The notes: a model not told the origin generated them from the letters alone. A stretch of DNA of 52,615 nucleotides from Bacteroidetes bacterium HGW-Bacteroidetes-21 (GCA_002840935.1 PHDH01000002.1:1-52615), one strand, 5' to 3'; counted from the first letter of the stretch, positions 10,460 to 21,182 are shown. Made by a program: numbers and translations.

Positions 10460-11743
10460 ATGAAAAGTTTAATTTTTACTTTCTTTTTTTCTATGACTCT
10501 GACGGGTATTGTATTCTCGCAGGTAAGAACCCCAAGACCACAACTTGAAAGTTCGCCCAATATTAACAAAGGCGGATCTGTAGTTACTCTATTGTCAGAT
10601 CCAGAATCGTTTGTACAGGGTGAAATGTTTGGTCCTTGTGTCAATATTTCCAATGTACAGGTCACTTTTCCTGCTGGAAAATTATCAAACTCTATTGGCA
10701 TGTGGTCAGACTCTTTAAATCATATCGGAATTGATGAAGGGATGATAATCTCTACCGGATATGCTCTGTCAGCGATTGGTACTGTATCAGATTTTGCTTC
10801 AAATGATTTAATTGGGGCAGGTGATACTAATCTTACTGCATTATGTGGGGTTACAACATATGATGCCGTTAGTATTGAATTTGATTTTGTGCCTTTGGCT
10901 GATTCTATAGTTCCCTTTGAATTTGTTTTTGGCTCAGAGGAATATCCCGAATATGTGAATACTGGTTATAATGATGTGTTTGCCTTTTATGTAACGGGAA
11001 CAGGGTATACTGGGGCAGAAAACGTAGCGATTATTCCTGGAACAAATATCCCAATAGCCATTGATAATATTAATTCTGGGTCATATTCTCAGTACTTTAT
11101 AGATAACCAAGCAATAAATGGTAGTTTCTGGGTTTACGATGGCTACACGACTGTGTTCTCATTAAGTATACCTGTTGTTGCACTTGAATCGTACCATTTT
11201 AAAGCCGTTATTGCTGATGCCGGTGATGGTATTTATGATTCGGGTGTCGTTCTCAGAACGGGCAGTTTTGCCGGTAATATTATTGCTCCCGCACCTTCCT
11301 TCACCTATGAAGTGAATGGTAATGCTGTGACTTTTACAAATACAACGACCAACGGAATGAATTATTCCTGGGATTTTGGCGATGGAACTTTTTCTACAGA
11401 AGAAAATCCCGTTCATACTTATGCCGGAGCTGGTCCTTATACTCTCAAACTGACAGCTGCTAATCATTGCTATTCCGAAGAAATTGAAGTAGTGATGGAC
11501 CTGGCCACACAAGCAGGAACATTTCCTGTTCAGGAAGTGATGCTACATTCTATGAATCAACAAGGTTTGTATAATCTAAGTGGCTTGACCGGAAAAGAAA
11601 GCATTAGGCTCTGTGATATTACAGGAAAAACTATACAGTTTCAATTGAACGGTACAATGGCGGTAATTGATTTGAGTAATTTCCAGTCGGGAGTGTATAT
11701 CCTGAATGTGGATGGTAAGAGTTTTAAACTAATCAGACCCTAG
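10460..11743 (+). CDS. Choice-of-anchor L domain protein with PKD domain and T9SS C-terminal sorting domain
   Basis: Signal peptide; DAVSIEFDF, FVFGSEEYPEYV..GYNDVFAF and IADAGDGIYDSGV; PKD YSWDFGDG...NPVHTY; CTD-like end (SGVYIL...FKLI). Confidence 0.85.
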   Translation: MKSLIFTFFFSMTLTGIVFSQVRTPRPQLESSPNINKGGSVVTLLSDPESFVQGEMFGPCVNISNVQVTFPAGKLSNSIGMWSDSLNHIGIDEGMIISTGYALSAIGTVSDFASNDLIGAGDTNLTALCGVTTYDAVSIEFDFVPLADSIVPFEFVFGSEEYPEYVNTGYNDVFAFYVTGTGYTGAENVAIIPGTNIPIAIDNINSGSYSQYFIDNQAINGSFWVYDGYTTVFSLSIPVVALESYHFKAVIADAGDGIYDSGVVLRTGSFAGNIIAPAPSFTYEVNGNAVTFTNTTTNGMNYSWDFGDGTFSTEENPVHTYAGAGPYTLKLTAANHCYSEEIEVVMDLATQAGTFPVQEVMLHSMNQQGLYNLSGLTGKESIRLCDITGKTIQFQLNGTMAVIDLSNFQSGVYILNVDGKSFKLIRP

Positions 11744-11752
11744 TCGTTGTAC

Positions 11753-12178
11753 ATGCTAAAAGATGGTCGCGATTTATTGCGTTTTTTGGTCTTTGTGACT
11801 TCCCGAAGTTCGGGTCCAGGCGGACAGAATGTGAACAAAGTCAATACCAGGGTGGAACTTCGTTTTAATGTTCATGCCTGTGAATTATTGACAGATGCAG
11901 AAAAAATGCTTATTTCAGAAAAGCTGAAAAGGAAGATTAACTCCTACGGAGAATTTATTCTGGTCCGACAAACCGAACGGTCACAATTGAAAAATAAGGA
12001 AAAGTGCCTTCTTGCTTTTTACGAATTGATAAACCAAGCTCTAATCCCACCTAAAAAGCGTAAAAAAACAAAATTGTCGGTCGCTGTTAAAGTGCGTCGT
12101 TCCGAAGAAAAAAAACGGGCTGCCATGAAAAAAAAGGACAGAGGCTGGAGTAAAAATTCAGGACTGGAAGGCGAATAG
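11753..12178 (+). CDS. arfB: Alternative ribosome rescue factor B (peptidyl-tRNA hydrolase)
   Basis: SRSSGPGGQNVNKVNTRVELRF, RSQLKNKE and a basic C-terminal tail. The start could alternatively be TTG 11747. Confidence 0.92.
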   Translation: MLKDGRDLLRFLVFVTSRSSGPGGQNVNKVNTRVELRFNVHACELLTDAEKMLISEKLKRKINSYGEFILVRQTERSQLKNKEKCLLAFYELINQALIPPKKRKKTKLSVAVKVRRSEEKKRAAMKKKDRGWSKNSGLEGE

Positions 12179-12212
12179 AGGATTAATTTAAAGGCTTTGT
12201 GTGCCCTGAAAA

Positions 12213-15200
12213 CTATTTTGCCCAAATGCCAAAATCATTCTCAATATTTTCTTGTCGCATGGTAGGTTTTTGTTTGCCTCCGGTGAGTTTTTGCACGTTT
12301 TCGAGGATGTATTTTTGCAGTTCAGACACGGTAATCTGATGGTCTTTGTTCAGGTCGGCAAGTCCGGACAATAGCCCTTCGCGAAGCGAATAGGTAAATA
12401 CGCCATTTTTCCATTGTTCTCCCTCGAAAGCAAACTCGCCTCCCCCTGCCGAGGAGATCACCACAGCGCCCGTTCCTTTGCGAAGATCAGCGAAAAGCTC
12501 CTTCATAAGCTCAAACGAATTATTATAGCTGAGCGTTGTGTTAGACTGATAACCTCTGGGTTTCACGCCTCTGAATATGACATCTTTTTCGGTCGTTGTT
12601 TGTGCTACTATTTGCGTTTCTGCATCTTTATCCACTTCTCCGGAATGGCAGGCGTCGATGAGTAAAAGCTTTTCGCGTGCCGGGATGGAATCGAGTAGTC
12701 TGTCCAGTTCTTCGTATTTCAGACCGCCTTCTGAAGGCTTATTGAAATTTATGTTGTAAGTAGCCAGGTAATAATCAAGGTTCTCATCCAATAATCCATG
12801 CCCTGCATAAAAGACGAGTACTTTGTCGTCAACTTTTGTGTTGCTAAGTAATTCCTTTACTTTTTTAATATTTCCTATGGTTACATCTTTGTTAAGAATT
12901 ACGCGGGTAGTGATTTTCCCGTAGTTGTTCTTTTGGTTCTCAAAAAGCGAGATAACATCACTGGCATCCTTAGCGGCAAAAGAGAGATTCCACTCAGGAT
13001 CTGCGTATTCTGAAGCACCAATAGCAATGACATACAAATCCGGTTTTGCTTGTCCGGCACTGGTGCAGATGATTTCAACCGTTTCTCTCAGGCTTTCAAC
13101 CCCTTTTTCGTTCATGCATGAAACCCTGACTTTGTTTGTTCCTTGCGAAAGGGTCAGGGTTATTTCGCGGGAAAACTCTTTCAGGTTTTTATCGCGCAAC
13201 GAAAAACCTTGAGATCCGAAAACAGCAACGTCGTTTACCCAGACATTCATTCGGTCGAGATAATACTTGCTGTCTTTTGCCACGAGGGTGAATGTAAGTG
13301 ATGAATTTTCAGTAAGAACAGGAATTTTATCTGCTTCTGTAATCACTATTTCAGGAAGATGAAAATCGTTGGCAAACATTTCTTCTGTAAAACCACTTTT
13401 TTGTAGTCGTTTTGCATATGCCATATGTAGCGCTTTAACCATCTCTGGCGTGGCGCATCCAAGTCGTTCCATGACAATGTCGGGACGGTTGTATTGAAGA
13501 TCGAATTGTTCAAAGGGATAAAATTTTAGCCCGAATGTAAACCCAATTTCTTTTTTAGCATTTTTTGTTGAATAATAGAAATAATCGGGGGTCTTAATGA
13601 TAAAATCACTGTTGTTCATTGTAAATAAGGTGGCAATCTCTTTCCCGCTATTGATATCCCAAATTTTCATGGACCCATCTAGCGACGATGTGACTAACTG
13701 TTTTCCGCCAGTTATAAATGCTGCTCCAGTGAGAGAATCGCTGTGCCCCGTGTACTTACTTGTAATTTTTTGTTGCTCGATATCAAATTTGACCATGGAG
13801 TGGGTCTGATCCTGAAAAAGAAATGATTTTCCATCGGAAGCATAGAGTAAAGGTCCTTTTCCTGAAGTAATTACTTTAACAGAATCCCTTTTGTAGTCAA
13901 ATATAAGAATTTTATCTTTTTCATCAGCTATCAGCATAGTATCGTTAACAGGACTGAAGCAGAAAGATTTTATTTCGTATTGAAAATCAAATGTTTTAAT
14001 TGGTTTTGTCTGTTGTAAATCCCATATTTTTAATGAATTATATGAGTCGTAAAGAACCGTGTTTTGAGATAAAGTTTTTACTGCCAGATACATGCCCAGG
14101 ACAGGTACCAGAAGAGAAATCGCCATGTTTTTACTAAATTTTTTTGAAAGTGCAGGTGCTCCTGTCTTATAATCTCGTCCACTACAGGCAAAAATGGAAG
14201 AATTATAATTAAAACCGATGCAATCTATAGATTTGTAATGTGCGCCAATAACTTTTTCTTTCTTTAATTCTGCAGTGTTAATTAGATGGATGGGGAAAAT
14301 ACGGGGTGCGAAAAATCGATAAAGAATGCCTTTGTTGAATCCTTTTCCCCCTGAAGCATAATATTTTCGATTGGGTGAAACGGCTGATACATCTTGTGAT
14401 TCGAAATTTCCCCACAGGAATTTTCGGGCATAATCAAAGGAAGTTATAGTATTAAGAAAAACCGTGTACAAAGGTGCATTTGCGATAGCATTATACCACC
14501 TGGGATTATGATTTCCTTTAATCTTTGCTGTGGAGCCCGTTTTCATATTGGAAAAAGCAATACGATTATCACTGCCTGAGGAAACCAACATCGTATCGGA
14601 GACGAAATGCATTCCGGTGACTTTACCCTGATGCCCGGAAAAGCCCATAATAGAAATTTTGTTATCAAGGAAAATGGAACTAATAAAGTGATCGCTTCCT
14701 CCCAGGGCAATATAGCTGCCTTCGGGATTGACCGCCATTTGAACAATAGGATGGATGCCACTTTCGAGCTTGCGAACGATTTGATTATTGCTAATGTCAA
14801 TGACAACAACATCCCCCGACTTGTTTCCTGCAATTAGAATGTTTTTATGCAGTGGATGAAAAACCACTGAAGTATAAATATTGAGAGGATCTGCAAATAT
14901 TTGCAGAAAGGCTCCTGAGCTTTTCCATTTGTAAATATTTCCATCTTCATTTACAGCTGTTAGAATGGAATCGTTAGCATTTAAAGAGATACTAATGAAA
15001 TTCTTTTTTCTAAAATCGCCTGAACGAGTATAGGTGACTTTTTCTTTTATTGGATCGAAGCAAGATATTCTAGATGGAACACAGGATATAAATAGTTTTG
15101 CTTTTTCTATTTTATGGTAGATAATATTTGCTTTGCATGGGATAGTCATTTTCTCGGAGCCATCCCACGAGAGCATTTTTGTGTCAAAATAGGAAAAGAA

Positions 15201-15878
15201 ATTATAGCCCGATAATAAGGAAATGGCCCTTGCAGCAATAATTTCTGTCTCGTTGGATCCAAAAACAACCGAAACGCCAGCGGGTATTGGCTTGTATATT
15301 TGGGAAAACATGGACATCAATTTCCCTGTTTTTTTATAACTCTTTTTTATTCCGCTTTTTTTAAGGAGAGTCTCAAAATATTTAATACTATCAGCTGATG
15401 ACCACAGGGTAATATCCTTGTCGAAAACAATTTTTTCAGAAATTTTCCAACATCTAATAAAAGAAAAAATCCCCGTGGCTATTAGATGTGCATCGTTTTC
15501 ACTGATGTCAAAAGATAAAACGGGCTGTTTCATTTGAATGGATTCTTTGATACTCCCTTCCTCGATATTCCAGAACAGAATCTGACCATCATTGCCGGCA
15601 GAAATAAGTTGATTGTTATGGTGTAGAAACTGAATTGCATTAATCTTCTGGCTATGTCCTTTTAAAACTTTTAACTGCTTTCCCAACCTGAAATCCCAAA
15701 TGATAATAATGTTATCGGCACCAGCTGTAGCCAACAGGGTTCCATCTTGATTAAAAGCCATTGTAGTCACGGGAGCCGAGTGGCCCGTTTGCAACGTGAG
15801 TTCTGGGTTTTGTCCCCAAAGAATGGGAGTAGCCAGGACAAACAACAAAAGCAATAACTGTTTTTTTATCATTGCCAT
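12213..15878 (-). CDS. Exported WD40-repeat protein with C-terminal caspase-like (peptidase C14) domain
   Basis: Signal peptide; WD40 repeats (GHSAPVTTMAF...IIIWD); catalytic dyad FYAGHG and IDACHSG; W.NGVFTY and GKQKP. Confidence 0.9.
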   Translation of the reverse strand: MAMIKKQLLLLLFVLATPILWGQNPELTLQTGHSAPVTTMAFNQDGTLLATAGADNIIIIWDFRLGKQLKVLKGHSQKINAIQFLHHNNQLISAGNDGQILFWNIEEGSIKESIQMKQPVLSFDISENDAHLIATGIFSFIRCWKISEKIVFDKDITLWSSADSIKYFETLLKKSGIKKSYKKTGKLMSMFSQIYKPIPAGVSVVFGSNETEIIAARAISLLSGYNFFSYFDTKMLSWDGSEKMTIPCKANIIYHKIEKAKLFISCVPSRISCFDPIKEKVTYTRSGDFRKKNFISISLNANDSILTAVNEDGNIYKWKSSGAFLQIFADPLNIYTSVVFHPLHKNILIAGNKSGDVVVIDISNNQIVRKLESGIHPIVQMAVNPEGSYIALGGSDHFISSIFLDNKISIMGFSGHQGKVTGMHFVSDTMLVSSGSDNRIAFSNMKTGSTAKIKGNHNPRWYNAIANAPLYTVFLNTITSFDYARKFLWGNFESQDVSAVSPNRKYYASGGKGFNKGILYRFFAPRIFPIHLINTAELKKEKVIGAHYKSIDCIGFNYNSSIFACSGRDYKTGAPALSKKFSKNMAISLLVPVLGMYLAVKTLSQNTVLYDSYNSLKIWDLQQTKPIKTFDFQYEIKSFCFSPVNDTMLIADEKDKILIFDYKRDSVKVITSGKGPLLYASDGKSFLFQDQTHSMVKFDIEQQKITSKYTGHSDSLTGAAFITGGKQLVTSSLDGSMKIWDINSGKEIATLFTMNNSDFIIKTPDYFYYSTKNAKKEIGFTFGLKFYPFEQFDLQYNRPDIVMERLGCATPEMVKALHMAYAKRLQKSGFTEEMFANDFHLPEIVITEADKIPVLTENSSLTFTLVAKDSKYYLDRMNVWVNDVAVFGSQGFSLRDKNLKEFSREITLTLSQGTNKVRVSCMNEKGVESLRETVEIICTSAGQAKPDLYVIAIGASEYADPEWNLSFAAKDASDVISLFENQKNNYGKITTRVILNKDVTIGNIKKVKELLSNTKVDDKVLVFYAGHGLLDENLDYYLATYNINFNKPSEGGLKYEELDRLLDSIPAREKLLLIDACHSGEVDKDAETQIVAQTTTEKDVIFRGVKPRGYQSNTTLSYNNSFELMKELFADLRKGTGAVVISSAGGGEFAFEGEQWKNGVFTYSLREGLLSGLADLNKDHQITVSELQKYILENVQKLTGGKQKPTMRQENIENDFGIWAK

Positions 15879-15881
15879 GGC

Positions 15882-16973
15882 TTATTTTATAAAAAAGTTA
15901 AAAGGTACTTCCACGGTTTCTTGCTCAAAATCAGTATTCAGCATAATTCTTAAGCCGGAAGTATAAGAGCAGCCATTATAAAATTCGGGACTTGGACTTT
16001 CAAGTGTCATTACGACTTCAAAGCAATCAAACCCACCTTGCATCATTTCTGGTATTTTTCCTGAAATCTGAAGGAAGTCCATGGGTAATTCCCCGTCATC
16101 GTAATTATAATCAAAGCTGTAGGGTGGTTTGTAATAGATGCCTTGGGTACCGGCATTAAGTCTCTCCAGAAAACCATGAATATTATTATTGCTCCATGTA
16201 TAAGGTTCTGTAAATTCTAAAAAATGACAAATGACTTTACTTTGAAGCGCTTTATTCATCAGGCTATATAGATTGATTTCCTGCCAGTAATTTTTTCGTC
16301 TCGTCATAAAGATAAACAAATGCTGGTTTTCGTAAGTCGATTTTGCGTTGAGGTAATCCAGCATAGAGTCTATGGCTGTTAGCAGCCGAAGTGTGTCGAA
16401 TGCTTCGGTATTACCTGTATGAAAAAATTGGGAAATAATCTGGTCTGTTTCGCCAGGATTAGAGATAAATCCGTTACTCAAAAGTTCAATAGGCATTTGT
16501 TTATCGCCTACTTTTGCCAGAAGTATCTCATTGGAAGGTAGTGAACCATGAATAATTTTTCGAACGGTTGGTTCCATTCTATCAAAAATGCCATTCATGT
16601 TGATGGTGACGTCTAGTCCATTACTCATTAATATAGCGGCCGAATAATTCCCTTTCTCCGGAGTCGTAATACGCTTTAAACTATCAATCGCACCTGAGTA
16701 GTCGCCTGACAGTGAGATTCTCCCGTTTATATCGAAACGAACCAGACCGTCGGCATTGGATTTGTCCAGTACAAAGAAGCGAACTTTAACAACTGACTTT
16801 AAATTTGTATAACTCAGTACTTCGTTGGATAAAATCCCTACTGAATAATAGTTTTTAATGATTTTCTCTTCCTCTTTTTTGCAAGATGGCAGGATTATCA
16901 GTACTGAAAAAAGACAGACAGCTAAAGCTTTGAAACTGAAAGAAAATACTATGTGGTTGTTTCTTTTTTTCAT
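15882..16973 (-). CDS. Lipoprotein, possible degenerate VWA-like domain
   Basis: Lipobox ILPS-CKKEEE; alpha/beta pattern (YSAAILMS..., LLTAIDSMLDYL, HLFIFMT) reminiscent of VWA but without a DxSxS motif. Confidence 0.6.
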   Translation of the reverse strand: MKKRNNHIVFSFSFKALAVCLFSVLIILPSCKKEEEKIIKNYYSVGILSNEVLSYTNLKSVVKVRFFVLDKSNADGLVRFDINGRISLSGDYSGAIDSLKRITTPEKGNYSAAILMSNGLDVTINMNGIFDRMEPTVRKIIHGSLPSNEILLAKVGDKQMPIELLSNGFISNPGETDQIISQFFHTGNTEAFDTLRLLTAIDSMLDYLNAKSTYENQHLFIFMTRRKNYWQEINLYSLMNKALQSKVICHFLEFTEPYTWSNNNIHGFLERLNAGTQGIYYKPPYSFDYNYDDGELPMDFLQISGKIPEMMQGGFDCFEVVMTLESPSPEFYNGCSYTSGLRIMLNTDFEQETVEVPFNFFIK

Positions 16974-17707
16974 GAGCTGGGGTTTGACTTTTTAATCCAA
17001 GGGTTGAATAATGTAAAACTATAGCAAACTCTTATCATTATAAGGTCCTTATAATTTGCATTGTACAAAAAAGTTTCTTTGTTAAGTTCTGTAATATTTT
17101 TTTCAAACCGGATATCAAGTGCATTACTATAGTACGAAAAACCTATTCCTCCTATGATGTCCATGTAATAATTGTTGAATTTCTTCATTAGCTCATCTTT
17201 TCTCGTCGCATCGGCATAATAATAATAATTCTGATTTGAGTTTTGATCCGTTACGAGAGTTATTGAAGAGAAAAATACGGTTCTGAATCGACCAATACGG
17301 TTATTTATTCCTCCAAAGAATCTGATTTTGACAAGGCTGCCAGGATTAATTGTAAGCCCACAAAAAAGAGGAACTTCCAGCGCCGAATAAGTAAAGTATT
17401 TATCTCGGGAGGTCTTCCAGTCAGGAATGTTTTTCCTGAATTTATTTTCAAAAAAATTAACTTCGCCCTGAAAATATATGTGGGGCATTCTATATCTTAC
17501 AAAAACCCCTGTAGACAATCCTGTGAGATAAGTGTGATACTTATTATCACCGGCAGTAAGTGAGGTATAATCTTTAAAAATGATGTATTCTTTATCAAAA
17601 GTAAGTTTGCTGAATAATAAAGGGGAGTATACAATACCGGTTTCCATTTTCTGGGCAAAAAGGCTTGCATAAATGCACATGAATCCTATGATGAGCAACT
17701 TTCTCAT
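16970..17707 (-). CDS. Putative outer-membrane beta-barrel protein
   Basis: Signal peptide; amphipathic strands (GVFVRY, YFQGEVNF, LEVPLFCG, IRFFGG, LDIRFE); ATGA overlaps with both neighbours. Confidence 0.65.
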   Translation of the reverse strand: MRKLLIIGFMCIYASLFAQKMETGIVYSPLLFSKLTFDKEYIIFKDYTSLTAGDNKYHTYLTGLSTGVFVRYRMPHIYFQGEVNFFENKFRKNIPDWKTSRDKYFTYSALEVPLFCGLTINPGSLVKIRFFGGINNRIGRFRTVFFSSITLVTDQNSNQNYYYYADATRKDELMKKFNNYYMDIIGGIGFSYYSNALDIRFEKNITELNKETFLYNANYKDLIMIRVCYSFTLFNPWIKKSNPSS

Positions 17708-18360
17708 TCGTAGCTTATCCTTTTTATCTGATTCGGTGGAGTGCTAACAAGTATAGGGAAAGCTACACCGATTTTTATTTCATAAAAACTGGAGATCTGA
17801 AAACTATCGTATTCCATTTTGTCTGCACGGTTGCATCTGGATAATGTACAGGTTATGGGTGTATTTCCCAGTTTGAAAATCGTATTAATGCCAGTTCTTA
17901 GAGTAAAGACGCTTGCTGAAATATCATAGGCAGAGCCATATATTCTAATATAAGGATCTTTATTATATGTGGCATTGTGACTGAATATTGTGATTCCAAA
18001 TTCAGGAGCAATTTTCAACTTCTCTGATTTGCTTCGGATTACATCGTAAGAAATTCCAAAGTCGAAGGTATTGCCTCCGCCCCGCGCATTTACTTTAACG
18101 GACTTATAATCAAATTCATCAAAACTATAGTTTCTCACGGTTCCATAATAATTTTTTGGTACATAATAATTCATTCCAAAGTATATACCGAATCTATTTA
18201 AAAGGAAAGTATATTGCCAGGAAGCGCCATAAAAATAGAAGGGTTTATTATCAAAGGCAGGAAGGTAAATCTGACTACTGCCTATAGACAAGCGATATGA
18301 CTGGGAAAAAGAAGTCAAAGACAAGAATGCAAAGGCGAAAAACAGTAGTAGTTTTCTCAT
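17704..18360 (-). CDS. Putative outer-membrane beta-barrel protein
   Basis: Start at ATG 18360 (MRKLLLFF, ATGA overlap with upstream stop); signal peptide; aromatic alternating strands ending YEIKIGVAF. Confidence 0.6.
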   Translation of the reverse strand: MRKLLLFFAFAFLSLTSFSQSYRLSIGSSQIYLPAFDNKPFYFYGASWQYTFLLNRFGIYFGMNYYVPKNYYGTVRNYSFDEFDYKSVKVNARGGGNTFDFGISYDVIRSKSEKLKIAPEFGITIFSHNATYNKDPYIRIYGSAYDISASVFTLRTGINTIFKLGNTPITCTLSRCNRADKMEYDSFQISSFYEIKIGVAFPILVSTPPNQIKRISYE

Positions 18361-18824
18361 AAACCATCTGGATTTAATCTGGTCGTCCAATGGCTTCTGT
18401 CGAAATAATCATAGACGTAAAAATAGTACCCGGTCCATGAGTTGAGAATTGCTTCATCGTCTTTTACGCACAAATTTTTAATAGTTAACGTATAATATAC
18501 ATCTTCTTCTCTCTGCTCGAATTCCCCCATATATTCGTGGATATGCAAGTCGGTATAATCGAATTCATCGTATAATAATTCTGATGTCCAGTCTTTGATT
18601 TGATATTTGACTACATGGAATAAATCGTATTTTATTTCGACATATTCGTTTGCTTGATAGAATTTTCCATCAACAGGTATGCTACCGGATGCGTCAAAGA
18701 TTTGTAGGTTTTTAATCGTGGTATCTGCTGGGGGGATGACACGCAAAAAACATAAGCCGTTTTCTTTTTTGCAGGAGAAGAAAACCGTCAGTAAAACTAT
18801 TATTACTAACCCTTTTTGCCGCAT
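18357..18824 (-). CDS. Hypothetical lipoprotein
   Basis: Lipobox VFFS-CKKE; first gene of an overlapping five-gene run. Confidence 0.7.
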   Translation of the reverse strand: MRQKGLVIIVLLTVFFSCKKENGLCFLRVIPPADTTIKNLQIFDASGSIPVDGKFYQANEYVEIKYDLFHVVKYQIKDWTSELLYDEFDYTDLHIHEYMGEFEQREEDVYYTLTIKNLCVKDDEAILNSWTGYYFYVYDYFDRSHWTTRLNPDGL

Positions 18825-18846
18825 TATTTGCTTAGAAATCTCCTTA

Positions 18847-18854
18847 CAAATGTA
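18847..18854 (-). promoter_or_regulatory. Bacteroidota -7 promoter element for the 18824-12213 operon
   Basis: TACATTTG on the minus strand, 22 nt upstream of ATG 18824. Confidence 0.6.
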
Positions 18855-18970
18855 AGAAAATTAATGATACTCGTTTTTTGAAAGCGTAATTTTTGCAAGA
18901 ATTGAGAATTTACTTTTTATGGGAAAAAATGAGTTTTGTATGTGTCAGTTAATGAGAGCAAAACGACAAA

Positions 18971-21160
18971 TTAGTAGACATTCATTATTTCGCGGTATTT
19001 TGGTAAAGTCCATGTTTCATCATCTACAAGTAGCTCTATTTTGTCGGCTTCATATCTTATCAGCGCAAAATATGGAAATACTAATTTACAATAAGCAGAA
19101 GCCTTTTCTTCTGCTGAATCGAGGGAATTTGCTTTTTTTCGGGCTTCGGTCATGGCAGTTACGTTGTCTTTGATGGACGAAATTCTTTCGGCAATTTCTT
19201 CAATTATTTGCATCTGCATTTTGGCCAGTTTACGGAATTCTTTGTCTGGATATATCTCTTTTAATCCTCTTACATTTTCTATAAGCAAATGCTGGTAGTT
19301 GAGTGCCACTGGAATGATATGATTAAGAGCGATGTCGCCTAATACACGTGACTCAATCTGTATGATTTTATAATATTTTTCCAGTTTAATCTCGTAACGG
19401 GCTTCCAACTCTCTTTCAGTTAAAATATTATTGTTTTTGAAAAGCTTAATTGTATTGGCATTGATATATGTTTTTAGTGCTTCGGGGGCATTGTTAATAT
19501 TTGATAATCCACGTTTTTTAGCTTCTGAGATCCAGTCGCATGAGTACCCGTTGCCATCGAAAATTCTTTGTTTGGAAGCTTTATAGGTTTCTTTCAGTAC
19601 GATATACATAGCTTCGTCTTTTTCGAAACCTTTATTTAAGAGTTTGTCGACATCCTTTTTGAACTGAACTAGTTGACCGGCAACAGCAGTGTTGAGGGCT
19701 ATCATAGCCGCAGCGCAATTCTCTGACGAACCCACCGATCTGAACTCAAATTTATTGCCGGTGAAAGCGAAAGGTGAAGTCCGGTTTCTGTCGGTATTGT
19801 CGATGAGGATGGGGGGGATTTTGATAATATTGAGTTTGAGTGCTGTTTTTTGCTCCGGTGTAAATTTGTTACTACTTACTTTTTTGCAAAAATCTTCGAG
19901 CATGTTGGTTAGATAGCTTCCCGCAAAGACAGACATGATGGCCGGAGGGGCTTCGTTGGCTCCCAGTCGGTGATCGTTGGAGGCAGAGGCGATGGAACCC
20001 CGTAACAGGTCAGCATGATCGTGAAAGGCTTTGATGGTATTTATGAAAATGGTTAAGAACAGTAGGTTGGATTTTGGATTTTTACCAGGAGATAAGAGAT
20101 TGCGCCCTGTGTCAGTGGCCAGTGACCAGTTGTTGTGTTTGCCAGAACCATTTACTCCGGCAAAAGGCTTTTCGTGAAAGAGTACTTTAAAGTGATGTTT
20201 CTTTGCAGATCTTTGCATAAGGAACATCATGAGCTGATTGTGGTCGTTTGCCAGATTTGCCTCCTCGTACTGAGCCGCTAATTCGTACTGATTGGGGGCG
20301 ACTTCGTTATGGCGGGTCCTGACGGGTATTCCTAATCTCCAGGCATCGTGCTCATAATCGTCCATAAAACTACGAATGCGATCGGGGATAGACCCAAAGT
20401 AATGATCTTCGAGTTGCTGGCCTTTGGCTGCTTCGTGACCAAACAGTGTGCGTCCGGTGAGTGCTAGATCGGGGCGGGCATTATATAAAGCTTCATCAAT
20501 GAGAAAGTATTCTTGTTCCCATCCCAGGGTAACGTATACTCGGTTAATATTTTTATCAATGTATTGACAGATATCAGTCGCCGCTTTGTCAATAGCAGAA
20601 AGTGATTTGATGAGTGGGACTTTAAAATCGAGGGCTTCGCCGGTGTACGAAATAAAGATGGTGGGAATACATAAAGTATTGTCAATAATAAAAGCAGGTG
20701 AAGAAGGGTCCCAGGCAGAGTATCCTCTGGCTTCGAATGTGTTTCGGATGCCCCCGCTGGGAAAGCTCGATGCATCGGGTTCCTGTTGAACCAGATTTTC
20801 ACCGGCCATGATTTCTATGGGCTGTCCTGCTTCGTTAAGTTGCAGGAAAGTGTCGTGTTTTTCGGCAGTACCTCCTGTGAGAGGTTGAAACCAATGGGTG
20901 AAATGTGTCGCACCATGAGATACAGCCCAGTTTTTCATGCCCGAAGCTACCATGTCAGCAATGTCTCTGTCTATCTGCTTGCCTTGTGAAACGGAGTTTT
21001 CAATCATTTCTACTACATGAAGTGGAAGAAATTCTTTCATTCTGCTCATTGTAAATACATGGGTAGAGAAAATGGCGGATGGGTTTTCCTTTTTTGGAGC
21101 CTGAAAGGTATTGGAACGACGTCCAATAATTTCTAATGCAAGTTTTCTGAATGATGACAT
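18971..21160 (-). CDS. glnA: Glutamine synthetase type III
   Basis: THFTHWFQPLTG.TAEKHD, EPDASSFPSGGIRNTFEARGY, HEKPFAGVNGSGKHNNWS and DRNRTSPFAFTGNKFEFR. ATG 21160 gives 729 aa and lies just downstream of a TACATTTG box. Confidence 0.96.
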   Translation of the reverse strand: MSSFRKLALEIIGRRSNTFQAPKKENPSAIFSTHVFTMSRMKEFLPLHVVEMIENSVSQGKQIDRDIADMVASGMKNWAVSHGATHFTHWFQPLTGGTAEKHDTFLQLNEAGQPIEIMAGENLVQQEPDASSFPSGGIRNTFEARGYSAWDPSSPAFIIDNTLCIPTIFISYTGEALDFKVPLIKSLSAIDKAATDICQYIDKNINRVYVTLGWEQEYFLIDEALYNARPDLALTGRTLFGHEAAKGQQLEDHYFGSIPDRIRSFMDDYEHDAWRLGIPVRTRHNEVAPNQYELAAQYEEANLANDHNQLMMFLMQRSAKKHHFKVLFHEKPFAGVNGSGKHNNWSLATDTGRNLLSPGKNPKSNLLFLTIFINTIKAFHDHADLLRGSIASASNDHRLGANEAPPAIMSVFAGSYLTNMLEDFCKKVSSNKFTPEQKTALKLNIIKIPPILIDNTDRNRTSPFAFTGNKFEFRSVGSSENCAAAMIALNTAVAGQLVQFKKDVDKLLNKGFEKDEAMYIVLKETYKASKQRIFDGNGYSCDWISEAKKRGLSNINNAPEALKTYINANTIKLFKNNNILTERELEARYEIKLEKYYKIIQIESRVLGDIALNHIIPVALNYQHLLIENVRGLKEIYPDKEFRKLAKMQMQIIEEIAERISSIKDNVTAMTEARKKANSLDSAEEKASAYCKLVFPYFALIRYEADKIELLVDDETWTLPKYREIMNVY

Positions 21161-21174
21161 GGTGTTTTTTGGGG

Positions 21175-21182
21175 CAAATGTA
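21175..21182 (-). promoter_or_regulatory. Bacteroidota -7 promoter element for glnA
   Basis: TACATTTG on the minus strand, 14 nt upstream of ATG 21160. Confidence 0.6.

Noticed and set aside
6955-21160. Functional coupling of gatDE with glnA (Gln supply) and arfB
   Set aside because: They are separated by unrelated, differently oriented transcription units; proximity alone is not evidence.
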